Below, in pieces: positions 52,454 through 63,742 of a stretch of DNA of 64,000 nt. The stretch comes from Lingula anatina. Lineage: Eukaryota; Animalia; Brachiopoda. Every line of letters begins with the position of its first letter. Position 1 is the stretch's first letter. The translations under genes and the position numbers were made by a program. Where the stretch lies: positions 3,038,001-3,102,000 of the forward strand of contig CM120640.1 of the NCBI GenBank assembly GCA_051362555.1, read 5' to 3'. Below the pieces are notes generated by a model. It was not told where the DNA came from. It saw nothing but the letters and a program-made list of their open reading frames with translations, and searched no databases.

Positions 52454-55400
52454 GTTTATTCATTGTATCGTATGCATCTACATGGGTAGATGAAAATGTA
52501 CAATAGAAATGCACTTATAAATAAGTATGATTTATATTAAGTAGTGATATAGTGCGACTATTTGTAAGAAAAATACAAAACATAATTGGCAGAGCCCAAG
52601 TGGCTTTACCTACTCAAATGCCAGTACACTTGTTGGTAATGGGTGCAGCACAGTCCCTTTTTTGAAAGGCTAACCATAAATATTTGGCAAGAGCAATCAT
52701 ATGTTCGTTCTTCTTACCAGTCATTAGTGTTATAAATTTATCCATTCTGGTAAGATGTTCAAAGTTACTATATTGTCTTTTGTACAGTGAATAAAGATCA
52801 TATCGGAGATCTGTATAAAGAGGGCACGACACAAGGAAATGGATTTCATCTTCTATTTCCCCAGAATTACACTTTTTGCAAATTCTGTCTGCTTGAGGAA
52901 TTTTTTCATGTCTACCTGTTTCAATACCTAGGTTGTGTGCACTTATGCGGAATCTAGTTAAAGTGGTGCTTTTATCTCTATCTTTAATTGTATCTAAGTA
53001 TCTTTCCTATTTGTTCTTGTATTGACAATAAACTTGCATATTTGGACTTGGTGTTGGTTATGTCTCCCTGCCATTGTATTTGTCTCACACCTTCGCACCA
53101 TGACATGTTTTCCTGCTTTATCTCTGTAAGATTGGATGTTTTTAAAAGATTGTAAGTTTCTATTTCATCCAGATAGCCTGTTTCAATAAACTATTATCTT
53201 CCAGGTTTAATATTTTTTGCCAAAAATTTACAAATTGTGTTTGGATTTTAGAGGATACTTTTAGCCTACCGAGTTCTTCTCTGACGGCTTGGTTTGTACT
53301 TTTAGAATGTACGCCTAGAAGTTCTTTGCAAAAACGTAGGTGGATTTTTTCTACTGGAGATCTGTCGGTGATTTTTGAAATAATTGCTGTAAATTTGCTG
53401 GGTTAATAGTTCATATGCTCATTGATACTAGTAGGCCTTCTTGCATCCTATCCTCTGTTAAAAGTGTGCAACATCACAAAGAATATGTATTAGTTATCTG
53501 TTCCCATAGCATTTTATTGCCATTTACGCACTTCATGGTACAATAATGTTTAATGGTTTATTGAGTATGTAAACTTTTTAATCCTAACCATGATCTCAAT
53601 TGCCTGCGGCTACATGGTATTAAAAAATTACTAGAAAAATCGTTCAAATTCTCAAAATGGCATGTAATATAAGAAATAAAATCAGACTAGTAAATTGTCA
53701 TTAGAGCTCTCTTTTAGCACCCACTTTCAAAGACAAATACAACAACCACGCCTGTAAAGATCATATCTGTTTTATAGTTCTACTCGCTAAAATGACACCA
53801 ACAGATAAGATCACTTTCTTCCAATTAAACCACCTGAAAGCTCGCTCTTTGATTGTTTGAAGATCCAGGTAAGCTCTCTTCAATCGCTGTCAGTGGACAG
53901 ATTCCAGAGGTACACCCGATAACAAAGCCATTGCAACTCCAAACCTGGAAAACTATCAAAACAGTAATTGCAGCTTATATAATTACAGTGTTGAAGATGT
54001 GCATTTTTATCGTTGATGGCCATTTCCTGACACTGAATATCTATGTTAATATAATTAAACAGTTGTCAAGTTTAATTATCTACCGGTGTGATCGACAGAG
54101 ACGATCAAACTTCATCATTTTAACATTGGGAGTAATGGACCTACCCGATTGTTTTACCCTAGTCCGACTGTAAGATATTGTGCATTTTAAAGCTCGATAT
54201 TTACAAAACGCAGTTCCAATTTTGATAAAGAAATTATTAATTGGGCATGGTTTTTGAAGGATGTGCACCGTTCAAGCCACTCAGCGTATCGCAACTCCTT
54301 TATGAAATACTTCAAATCGATGTAACTCACAATCTCTGCTGTTCAAATTTGGGTAGGTTAGTAAGGCCAGGGAATTATATTGGATATTGGATATAGTGAA
54401 TTTTCCAAGTTTTTTTAATGACATGTACGGTGATAAGAACGGGGCTGGTGATACCCACAATCTTTCATTAGAAAATGAATGCGTCTCAACTTTTGAGGAA
54501 TAAAATGGAGAAATAACCATAGATGAAATGAAAAATGCCATTAAAAGTCTTAAGCGTAAAAAAGGTCATGGGTATGATGGTATTCTAAACGAGTATTTTA
54601 TAGAATTTTCAGAGATACTATTGCCCTATCTTCATGTAATATTTAATGCAATGTTTGATAAATGTTAATTCCTAAGATCCTTTGCAATGCATTGATTGTC
54701 CCAGTTCATAAAAAGGGTGAATATTCTGTTCCTAGTAATTATAGAGGAATATAACTTAATAAGCTGTATGTGTAAGTTATTCACGTCTATTGTAAATGCA
54801 AGACTACTTACATGGTCAGAAATGAACGATATTATGAGTGATGCTCAATTTGGTTTCCGTCCTAACCATAGTACTACTGACGCAATTTTCGCACTAAATG
54901 CTATAATTAGTAAATTTCTGAGTGATAAGAAGAAGCTGTTTTGTTGCTTCGTGGACTATAAACAATGTTTCGATACTATAGATACTATATCGATAATATA
55001 GATAAGTTAGCCAAGTTAGGAATTGGTGGCAAATGTCTCTCTGTTATAAAGTCCTTGTATAATAATATCAAAACTGGTATTTTGTTAAATGGAAAGATCT
55101 CAGATTTTTTCAAAAATAACAATGGAGTTCTTCGGGGAGAGGTTTTGTCCCCAATTCTGTTTTCCCTTTTTGTCAATGACTGTGAATTAGAATTTCTAAA
55201 AAATGATACCCAGCCAGTTATGATGAATGATTTGTCACTTTTTCTACTCATGTATGCGGATGACATGGTTTTATTCGCTGATTCTGCTGAGGGGCTACAA
55301 AGTATGTTGAATTCCTCTCAACATATACTGATAAATGGTCTTTAACTGTAAATGTTAGTAAAACAAAAATACTGGTATTTACAAAAGGTGGTGCTTTAAA

Positions 55401-57030
55401 AACTGATGAAGTATGGCTATATAAGGGTCACAAACTGGAAGTAGTTAATGAATTCTGTTACCTGGGTGTCACAATGAATTACAATGGTAAATATTATAAA
55501 ACCCAGAAACAACTTGCATTACAATGTCGCAAAGCCATATGTATAGTTTGTCTAGAAAGTGTAGTGATATGAGCTTGAACCATACTACCGCTTTATCTTT
55601 GTTTGACACTTATATATCTAGTATCGCTAATTATGGATGTGAAATATGGGGTCACCATCCTGCCCCTGATATTGAAAAGGTGCATATGGACTTTGGGAAA
55701 TTTATTTTGGGGGTTAAACGTTCAACCCCTGACTCAATGATTTATGCAGAGTTAGGTAGATTCCCTTTGGTAATCAATAGGAAATTAAGAATGGTTAAAT
55801 ACTGGCTTAAACTGAGAAACACAAATAATTGCATTCTAAAAGAATGCCTTAAATATTTTGAGTATAAATTCCGGACTAAACCATCCTGTGGCAATTGGCT
55901 CTCTAAGATTCATGATGTTTTTACAGAAACTGGTCTTAATGATTTTTTTCACTATCCAAGTAATTATGATAAAAATTTATTGTACCTCTAGTATATCAAA
56001 AACTAATGGATATTAAACAACAAGCTATATTGTCAGAGATTAACGACTCGAGAAAGTGCTGGCTCTATAGACACCTCATCGACCGTGTTACTATTCAAAC
56101 TTATCTTACAAAACCAATCCCGCTCCAGTTTAAGAAAATGATTAGTAAAATAAGATTATCATCCCATAAACTTGCAATTGAAACGGGCAGATACAGTAAA
56201 ATCCCTATTTCACAAAGAAAATGTTCCTATTGCAATGATGTGGAGGACGAATTCCACTTTATACTGGGTTGCTCTAGATATTTAGATTTAAGAAAAAGGT
56301 TCATTAAACCTTTCTACTGTAATAGACCCTCGGTGTTCAAATTGGTTCTCCTGCTGAATTCTTCCAGTAAGAAAGTATTATGTAACCTGGCACGATATCT
56401 TAGTCAAGCAGGAAGGCTTCGGCATGAGATCTAATCTAATTTGATCTAATTTGATCCAATTTGATCTTATTTGATTCAATTTGATTTAATTTGATTTATT
56501 TAAGTAGTTTATTTATTTAAGTACTCATGTATTTAATTTACTACAGGTACTATTATTATTGTTATGATGATTATGATTGCGATTATTACTATTATAATTA
56601 TTCTTTGTAATAACCCTATAGTTGTTGTAACTATAGTCGTTGTAACATTTGTACCAGTACTAGACTGATGGTCCTCAAGAGACCAAGGTAATAAATAAAT
56701 GAAAAAAAAATTCCCTGGTAAGGCCAAGCAAAAATTTCCAGTTGCGCCAAATTTGGTTTTCGAAGATTTGCTAAAAGCCTACTACTGCCTATTTTTTAAA
56801 GATAAACCATCCATATTCGTAATCTTTAAATGTAATTTGGGAATAAAATGTTTTCTCTTTCTTTTCTCTTTAGTTTGACATGCTTTGAGGCGCTTCATGT
56901 GTTCCTCAGTAGACCGAGGCTATCGGAAAACCACGGAGAATCTGTAGGGGTGACCGGACCACACGTATTTAGATACGGCACTTGCGATAGAACTAATTGT
57001 GGACCAAACTACTGCTGCTGTAGTGGATAA
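48566..57030 (+). CDS. Secreted 10-Cys protein, copy A2'. Exons 48566-48638, 50722-50872, 56874-57030
   Basis: Open frame and canonical splice sites are retained despite TE-expanded introns; ends CDRTNCGPNYCCCSG*. Confidence 0.82.
48979..50344 (+). mobile_element. Degenerate Tc1 transposon (different family from 7641-9303) inserted in (TA)n
   Basis: TIR CTGGACAATAGAAGTGTCACCCC; remnants FFSDECRF, QQDDNAPCH and WPAQSPDANIIEN interrupted by stops. Confidence 0.9.
50364..50580. repeat. G-rich 37-bp minisatellite, about 6 copies
   Basis: Unit GGGCGATGGGTTGGAGAGAAGGGCATGGGGAAGGAGG starting at 50364, 50401, 50438 and onward. Confidence 0.88.
51082..51673 (+). mobile_element. Putative degenerate DNA transposon with a THAP-domain remnant
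   Basis: Short inverted repeat GGTCACGTG / CACGTGACC; RLCSDHFE near 51546-51569; begins exactly where similarity to the left arm breaks. Confidence 0.45.
52409..53420 (-). mobile_element. 5'-truncated non-LTR retrotransposon, ORF2 C-terminus (RTE-X/L2-like)
   Basis: PVEKIHLRFCKELLGV..AVREELGR and RFRISAHNLGIETGRH..CKKC..EDEIHFLVSCPLY; a (CA)n tract lies downstream on this strand. Confidence 0.8.
54300..56500 (+). mobile_element. Non-LTR retrotransposon reverse transcriptase, disrupted, with a 10-bp tandem 3' tail
   Basis: QFGFR, FVDYKQCFD, GVLRGEVLSPILF, YADD, and RLSSHKLAIETGRY..C..C..EDEFHFILGC; frameshifts and stops; (AATTTGATCT)n after the stop codon. Confidence 0.92.
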
Positions 57031-58687
57031 AGTCGCTGCGGGCATTCCCCCCTTCAAATACAAAATTGACGTTATTTAATTGACGATGTTACAGCTCTGA
57101 CATTGAAGTTGTTTTGCCACTTGCGAAAACAAACCCAATATAGAGGTGCATTTCACAAGCCGAAGTCTAATAAATAAATAAATAAAATTGAATGAATTCG
57201 AATTTGTATTCAATTTTGAAACACATGCGTATACAACAAAAATATACGATTGTCTCAATTTTACACCTACATATGATTTTTAACACGGCTTATATTATTA
57301 TAAATGGATAAGGGCCAAGTGGTAATGCTGTTCCGGCAACGTATGTTACGAGAGATAATTTTCAATTTTGTATCGTGTTTCAGTATACGGTACTTGTATG
57401 TTGTATTGATTCAGTCATGGTTAATTATGGTTGACATAAGGAAATCTTTATAAATATTTAAACTGCAACTCGGGGTACATGTATTTGTATGTAACGTATG
57501 TTCTCCAGAAAAATATCCGACAAAAAAGTTATTCTTGTCCAAGCACTTGGTGCAATAAGTTGCAGTTGTCGACTGAATGGTATACAGTCCTTTTTGTGTA
57601 GTTTGAAATTAATTTTTTTGAAAAAAATTTTAAAAACTTAAATCTAGTTTATTTTATACTTCTTTTACTGCCAGAATGATGCTTTTTTGTAATATTCAGT
57701 GACTGAAATCGCGCAAAAATTTATCGCTCTATACAGAAGATTGTCATGTATTTCACAACGTTGTACTTGTAAGAAAGAACACAACCAGTGCTGATCGATT
57801 TTTTTTAAAGTGAGTAAAACGCTTCCGCAGCTGAAAGTTTTCCATTTGTGACAGTAACTTTGGTACGAACTTCTTCATGCAGGACCCTGAAAGTATCAAA
57901 CATAGTTTCTCATCTGTCCACTAAATATTTTAAGAGGGTGCCTGTGGCGCTATTTGCACCTCTGTATTAGGTTCGGATGAAAATTCAATACCACTAGGAT
58001 AAACATATACCTAGGATATTTTTTCTTTGTGTTGAGATGTATTATCTTAAGCTGTTTTATCTTATATTTGTGCTGTCACGGGTGATCCGATGGTTGTGTA
58101 CCTTATATTTGTAAACTTACTGACTGATTTTTCAACATAAAACATAAAAAAGGCTCATTGGAAAGGGAATTTGGTGTTTCGGATATACTGGGTTATGCAT
58201 CGAATACAAGTGTTGTACATGTATACTTAAACTTTAATAAATAAATATTGTCACTTTTTTGCGATGATACATTTCTTTTTTTTTTTTCAACAGCAGAATG
58301 ACTGTTGCAAAATATAGTTTTCATAGACTAATAAAAATATTGATGGCAACGATGTCTTAAAAGCGTGGTTTGCAACATGGCATCTATGAAACTGCCTACT
58401 GTTAAAATGCAACTGTTTATTTATTTAGTTCAATATCTATTTTTTTCCTAGATACAGCTTAATGTTTATAACACAAATGATTGATGAGAGAGTGTAAATA
58501 AGGGAAAAATAGTATTCGATCAGTCATGGTTTTCCGATAATTTTGCTTTAGGATATTGACACAACGAAGTTGGCATTCCACAAATTAGTCCCCAGGAAGC
58601 ATTTAACTGGAAATGTCGAATGGTAAAGTAAAGCAAACGGGTATTTTGCCTATTAACTTGCTAAAAAAAGTAAAATAACGATAATAA

Positions 58688-58722
<35 letters not shown>

Positions 58723-59114
58723 ATTAAAATCCATTGTAATAATAAAATTGAAACTGTAGCAGGTTAATACACGATGTTCGTAGTTTGTTTAAATCTAAGA
58801 ATCTATTGGCCGAATGTTGACTTTAATTTTTTAATTGATCGTAACAAAAGATGGACAAGATAAATAGAAATTTTGCTGAAAACGCGCTACGCAGCTTGGT
58901 GTGTCAGATTCTTAAGACCCTGTCGGTCTGAGCTACCATTTTTACTGATAACAGCTGATGCGCTGTTGTTTTAATTTCCAATTTCCAAGACCAGTCTGGC
59001 AGACAGAGCACCCAGGGATGACAACAGAGCCACTTTTCGAAAATTAAGACAAAACGATTCACCAAAAATAAAGTTTCAGACAGGAGAAGTTACGAAAGAA
59101 TCACAAATCGAACA

Positions 59115-59625
59115 ATGGCTAAAGCGGCAGGATTCCAGGTCATCGTTCTGTGTGTGAAGGTGATGGCACAAGAAGTTTTAAATCTCTTTATTACATCTTG
59201 GATGGCAGTAGCAGCCAACGAGATAGGTTTTTTGTTCTTTATATTAAAGTTATTAAGTCGGTAGAGGACCGAGTTTTTAAAAAGGATAATTGTGGGAAAT
59301 AAATTTTTCAAATGTGATGGCAGTATAGCAGCCAACGAAATACTAAAAACTGTTTTTAGTATTTCTCCTGCATGTTGGTTACCGTCATTTTATCAGTAAC
59401 TCAAAAAAATTAGGCCTACTTGGCTTATTAGGCTACAAACTTTTATAGGCCTAAATGTAGGCCTATGCGTTTATTTTTTGATCTAGAATTTTTAAGTGTT
59501 ACCAAAGATTCAGATACAGTGATGCAATGATAAGAAAGCAGTGCTGTGTGATTGTATCTTCAGGTAACCGAGAATCCGATAACTACAACTGGATGGACGA
59601 AATTTCCCAGGCAGTCTGTACCGGT
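59115..59625 (+). pseudogene. Truncated copy A1' of the Cys-rich family
   Basis: Exon 1 carries an insertion between repeated GATGGCA and has lost its normal donor context. Exon 2 (from 59564, GNRESDNYNWMDEISQAVCTG) is cut at the duplication breakpoint. No exon 3. Confidence 0.85.
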
Positions 59626-59678
59626 GTGGCATGTCACCGGTTCTTCATTTATGAGCAGTTATGAGCTTAACAATAAAG

Positions 59679-61701
59679 ATGGCGCTGTTCCCAAGTCAAG
59701 GTAGTACCGGTTTTTTAAAATTATATTGCTTATCTAGGTTTTCCACAAGTACATGTATAACATAATACGATCACTTTTAAAGCAATGAAAAATGACAACA
59801 ACATTAAAGTTGCTGTTTAGTCTTTCATAACCAACTCAAACATTGGAAGGGCACATCTTCCCCTAGCGCCACCTATAATAACAAGCCAAAACAAAAAGAA
59901 ACAGAACCTACAGCTGGAAATAATATTATCAGTAATTTAAAGTGATGCTTATATATTAACTGCCAGGTGAAGTTGTTGACAACAGCACGATGTTTGGGAT
60001 CCTGGCAGCTGGTAGACTGGTAAGTACATGCTGAGTGTCAAATGATTGAATCTACGGTTCGAGTACGGATGCGCTTCAACTCGACTAACCAGTGGCTTCC
60101 AGTAATTTCGTTGAACAAGGATACATTACCCTGAGCTTTCAGTGTCTACTACTCTTAGTTTCGTATATGAAGTGAAGATTCTGTGCCCCTAGCACCTAAT
60201 TACGTACAAATTTTTAAATAGCGGCTTTAAAAGTTTATTTTTGGACTGTCATTTGCCTTGACAAATGGGCCTAATAAAGTAAATGTAGTGGAGGGCAAGT
60301 ACAGGAGTACTACTGGTACGAGTATGATCCAAGTTCTGATTATGAACAAGTCGAAAGGTTCATGCAGACAGTATGTGTTATAATATATCACACAAGGAAC
60401 ATATCTCATGCCTATCATGTTATTGTATTTTAGGTACAAACTGAGTTTCAGCAAATCAGTGAGACTCAGTTTCTTTTCAACATCACTGATGCAGACAATG
60501 TAAACCATATCGTTGTGTTTATGACTGGGCAGGTGCCCTTTCCAGATGGCATGGGTGGTGCAGGTAAATGTTTTGGTTATGTCAGGTGAGACAGTACCCA
60601 ATGACATGGGTGGTGCAGGTAAGTCCTTTGAATATGTCAGGTGAGACAGTACACAGTGACATGGGTGGCACAGGTGAGTCCTGTCATTATGTCAGGTGAG
60701 ACAGTACACAGTGGCATGGGTGGCACAGGTGAGTCCTTTGCTAGAGACTGATTATGTGCTATGTGCTTCATGTATTTGTGAGCGAAATGGTTAGTAAGTG
60801 AACACAGTAATTATTACTGAAGTTGCATGGCCAGTTGTGTACATAGAGAATTCTCATCACTTCACATGTATTTTTGTTGGTTTCAGTGTATTTTTGCTGG
60901 CCCAATCCCTCGGGTCCTTCCTGGATGCTGTTAGGACATATAAGCAATGCCAAACCAAGTGCAATTTTTAAGATATCTGGATTAAAGTCAGGTACTTTTT
61001 TGTGTTTCTCAGGTTTTAAAATATGATTTTAAATAGTGTAACTGTATGTGGAACTGAATGGCATGTTTTTTTAATTGTTGGTATTTTTTTTAGTGAGAAT
61101 ACTGTGCCTTCCCCATGAGCAAGGTCTCACTACCCATAGGCCGCATACAGAATAGGGGACTAACTAGTCCGAGGGTCAAATATGGCTGACCCACTTGAAT
61201 ACTTCCCCACGGGATATCTATTCACTGACTGTTAGCATATTAGACGGCAAGTTTTGTAGTGGGTTGCCATATTTGACCCTCGGACTAGATAGTCCCCTAT
61301 TCTGAATGGGGCCAAAGCATACTCCTTTATTGATTTGATTTCAGTACACAGTTAAAATATTGTACTTCACTCCAGGTGATAATGCAGTCCTCAATCCATT
61401 TGGCCAGTCTTCCCAGCAGCCCAGTCATAATGCACAGATAGGGATCTCAGTGGAGCCTCTAGAGCAGCTGTCCCAGCAGACACCTGCCACCAACACCTCT
61501 CTTTCCACACTGAACACCATGGTGGCATTCTCACAGAAGATGCTGGAAAATTTCTTCAATTATGCTTCCTCGTTTGCTGTAAATCAAGCCCAGATGGTGC
61601 CAAATCCCTCAGAGACATTTGTTCCACTGAGCACCCTGCAGAAATGGTATGAAAACTTTCAGAAAAGAATGGAAACTAACCCTAATTTTTGGAAGACGTG
61701 A
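59679..61701 (+). CDS. HIKESHI: Hikeshi (Hsp70 nuclear import carrier). Conserved ATG at 59990; possible upstream coding exon 59679-59700
   Basis: [69 protein letters not shown], and [18 protein letters not shown]. Confidence 0.96.
60548..60738 (+). repeat. 55-bp tandem repeat (about 3.5 copies) spanning a Hikeshi exon end and splice donor
   Basis: G[GA]CATGGGTGG[TC][GA]CAG|GT[AG]A at 60548, 60603, 60658 and 60713. Confidence 0.9.
61139..61313. mobile_element. MITE in a Hikeshi intron, about 55-bp TIRs
   Basis: GGCC..CAGAATAGGGGACTA.CTAGTCCGAGGGTCAAATATGGC and its reverse complement. Confidence 0.8.
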
Positions 61702-63742
61702 AGTATTAGACATCTATTTATTTTTTGTTTGTTATTTACAAATTAATAAATTCACTGTGAAAGAGATTTTCCATGGTCTGTAGATACATGTATGATGATA
61801 AAATAGAATTATTCTTTACTTAAAGACTAAATTACATCAGTCAAACACGATGTTTGGTCCACCACCTGTAGACCTTATGCAGGGTCCTGTTTCCTGAAAG
61901 CCATGTTTGACTGATGTTATTTAGTCTCTAAGCTAAAGGGATAATAACTCTTCATTTCGGCCAAAAAATGAATTTTCCTGGAGTAAACAACAATTTTCCC
62001 ATACTTACCAATGGTTAATGAATCCATTTTTACTTTCAAAGTTAGTCCCTGTTTTTTTTTCTAAAAAGTTTGGTTTTTTGTTAAAATCTCTTCAGAGATT
62101 TTAACAGAGTATAGCCATCAATGGAGGTCACGTGGTCTAAAGACTGAGCTCAGATATCTGAACAATAGCTATAACTGCCGTTTTTGTGGTAAAACTCATA
62201 CGAAGAGTTATTATCTCTTTAAGAATACTTCTATTTAATCAGATAGTAATCAGAAAGTATGTGGATGTTCATTAAATTGTATGAGGATAAGCAGGCATCA
62301 TTAGTGCATGGAAAAGAAAGATTTACATATATATTATATATATTATTTAACTGTTCTGTTCTACAAACAGTCATTTATAAGACTCATCATGCACCTTTCA
62401 TTTTGTTTGGGGCTTTGTGTGAAAATTAAATAATGTTTGCCAAAAGCAAAATCTTTGTTATTTATCATTAATTTCACAGAATATTTGAGACCAACAGGTA
62501 CCGGGGTAACAGTATGTATAAAAGATTACGTTTTTTTCCTCAATTAAACTTTATATATACAGTAATTCTTTGTCATAGTATTCAACAATTTTTCATTGAT
62601 TTGACTTTGTCAGCAATGTAGCAAAAGAAAAGGTAATTTTGTAGAAAAGTTAGGCCATAGTAAAATTTGCAATGCTTTGTTCAATGCCAGCCACTGGTAC
62701 ATGTATACTGCAGGAGTTGTTCTTGTTTCAAGTATTTGACATTTAGTAACTTTGCTAAGGGTTAGGTTTTTCGAGTTCTAAGGGCTTTCAGTCTTAGTCA
62801 AGGCTAGTACATGTACTAGACATGTTGAATGGTATTTTTGCTTACTTATTCTCACATTCAATCCAGTGGAATTTACATGTGTTCAGGCTATTTATCATGG
62901 TTAGATAAATCTCCATCAGGCTTGTAACTGACAAGTAGCTATTTTTAGTAGTGTCTTGAGCATAATTGTACTATCGGTGTTGATGGTATTTAGTTTTGGC
63001 CCAGCACGTGCCATGTTTACTTTTTTAGGCAAGTCGTCAGGTTCTCGCAACGAGTTTCACGTTGAAAGTTTAAGTTGATGAAACTTGATGTAACTGATAC
63101 AAGACGATACACAGTACCAGTTGATGTTACCAGTTGATGTTATATATCGTTGACAGTTGAATAAAATTGATTGACACCTGCAACAAGGCTCATTAGTGTA
63201 ACCGATTAGCATTATTGATTAATAAAAAGGCTTAAGTCTGTGAATTACATGTATGACCAATAATGATAGCAGTTTGAAAATTTTAATTCTTAGTTTGCTT
63301 TGTTTTATTAGTTTATGGTTTGTCAGTAAGAGTGCTACATGTACCTTAAAGGCTACCATAATACAATAGTTTATATGCTTTATAGATTTTTTATATCTGT
63401 TCATTTTGTTTGTATTATACATGAATTATGAAGTTGTGACAGTCTTTAAACTTTTATTGAAGTTTAATGATATTTGAAGGTGTGGTTATTAAAGTTTTCA
63501 TAAAAATCTTATCTTCTTTTTTACATCACATATAATGGATTACTTATGGACAGAAGCATGGTTATATTTACCCTAGGTTCTAGATTCCGGTATTGCCAGC
63601 TCGATCTTGATTTCATATATAACCCATGTCGCAATACCAGAAAAGCGACTCCACCACGAGGTATATTTAGCAAGCTAGCTTTTACGTTTCTCTGACACTC
63701 AGGGTAGGTTATATTGCAATTTGGTGTGATGTTGCTTATAGC

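Larger units (their letters stand above)
36952..59625. repeat. Right arm of the inverted segmental duplication, expanded by insertions
   Basis: Begins CCGACTGGTGTGGA (reverse complement of 18287-18300) and ends inside the copy of A1 exon 2. Confidence 0.93.

Noticed and set aside
52409-56500. A single twin-primed (inverted) LINE insertion
   Set aside because: Both pieces contain their own diverged 3' ends, so they are two different elements.
36952-59641. Right arm as a giant transposon or Helitron (hairpin ACCGGTG..CACCGGT at its end)
   Set aside because: No TIRs at the arm ends, no CTRR terminus and no intact transposase or Rep-helicase; the breakpoint falls inside a host exon.
59564-59700. 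A1'-Hikeshi fusion protein
   Set aside because: The A1' exon 2 frame reaches TGA before the 59701 donor.
60548-60738. CRISPR-like regularly spaced repeats
   Set aside because: The whole unit is repeated with no unique spacers; eukaryotic intron; no cas genes.
62000-63740. Short ORFs such as 63219-63422
   Set aside because: AT-rich with no recognisable motifs or splice pattern; treated as UTR or intergenic.
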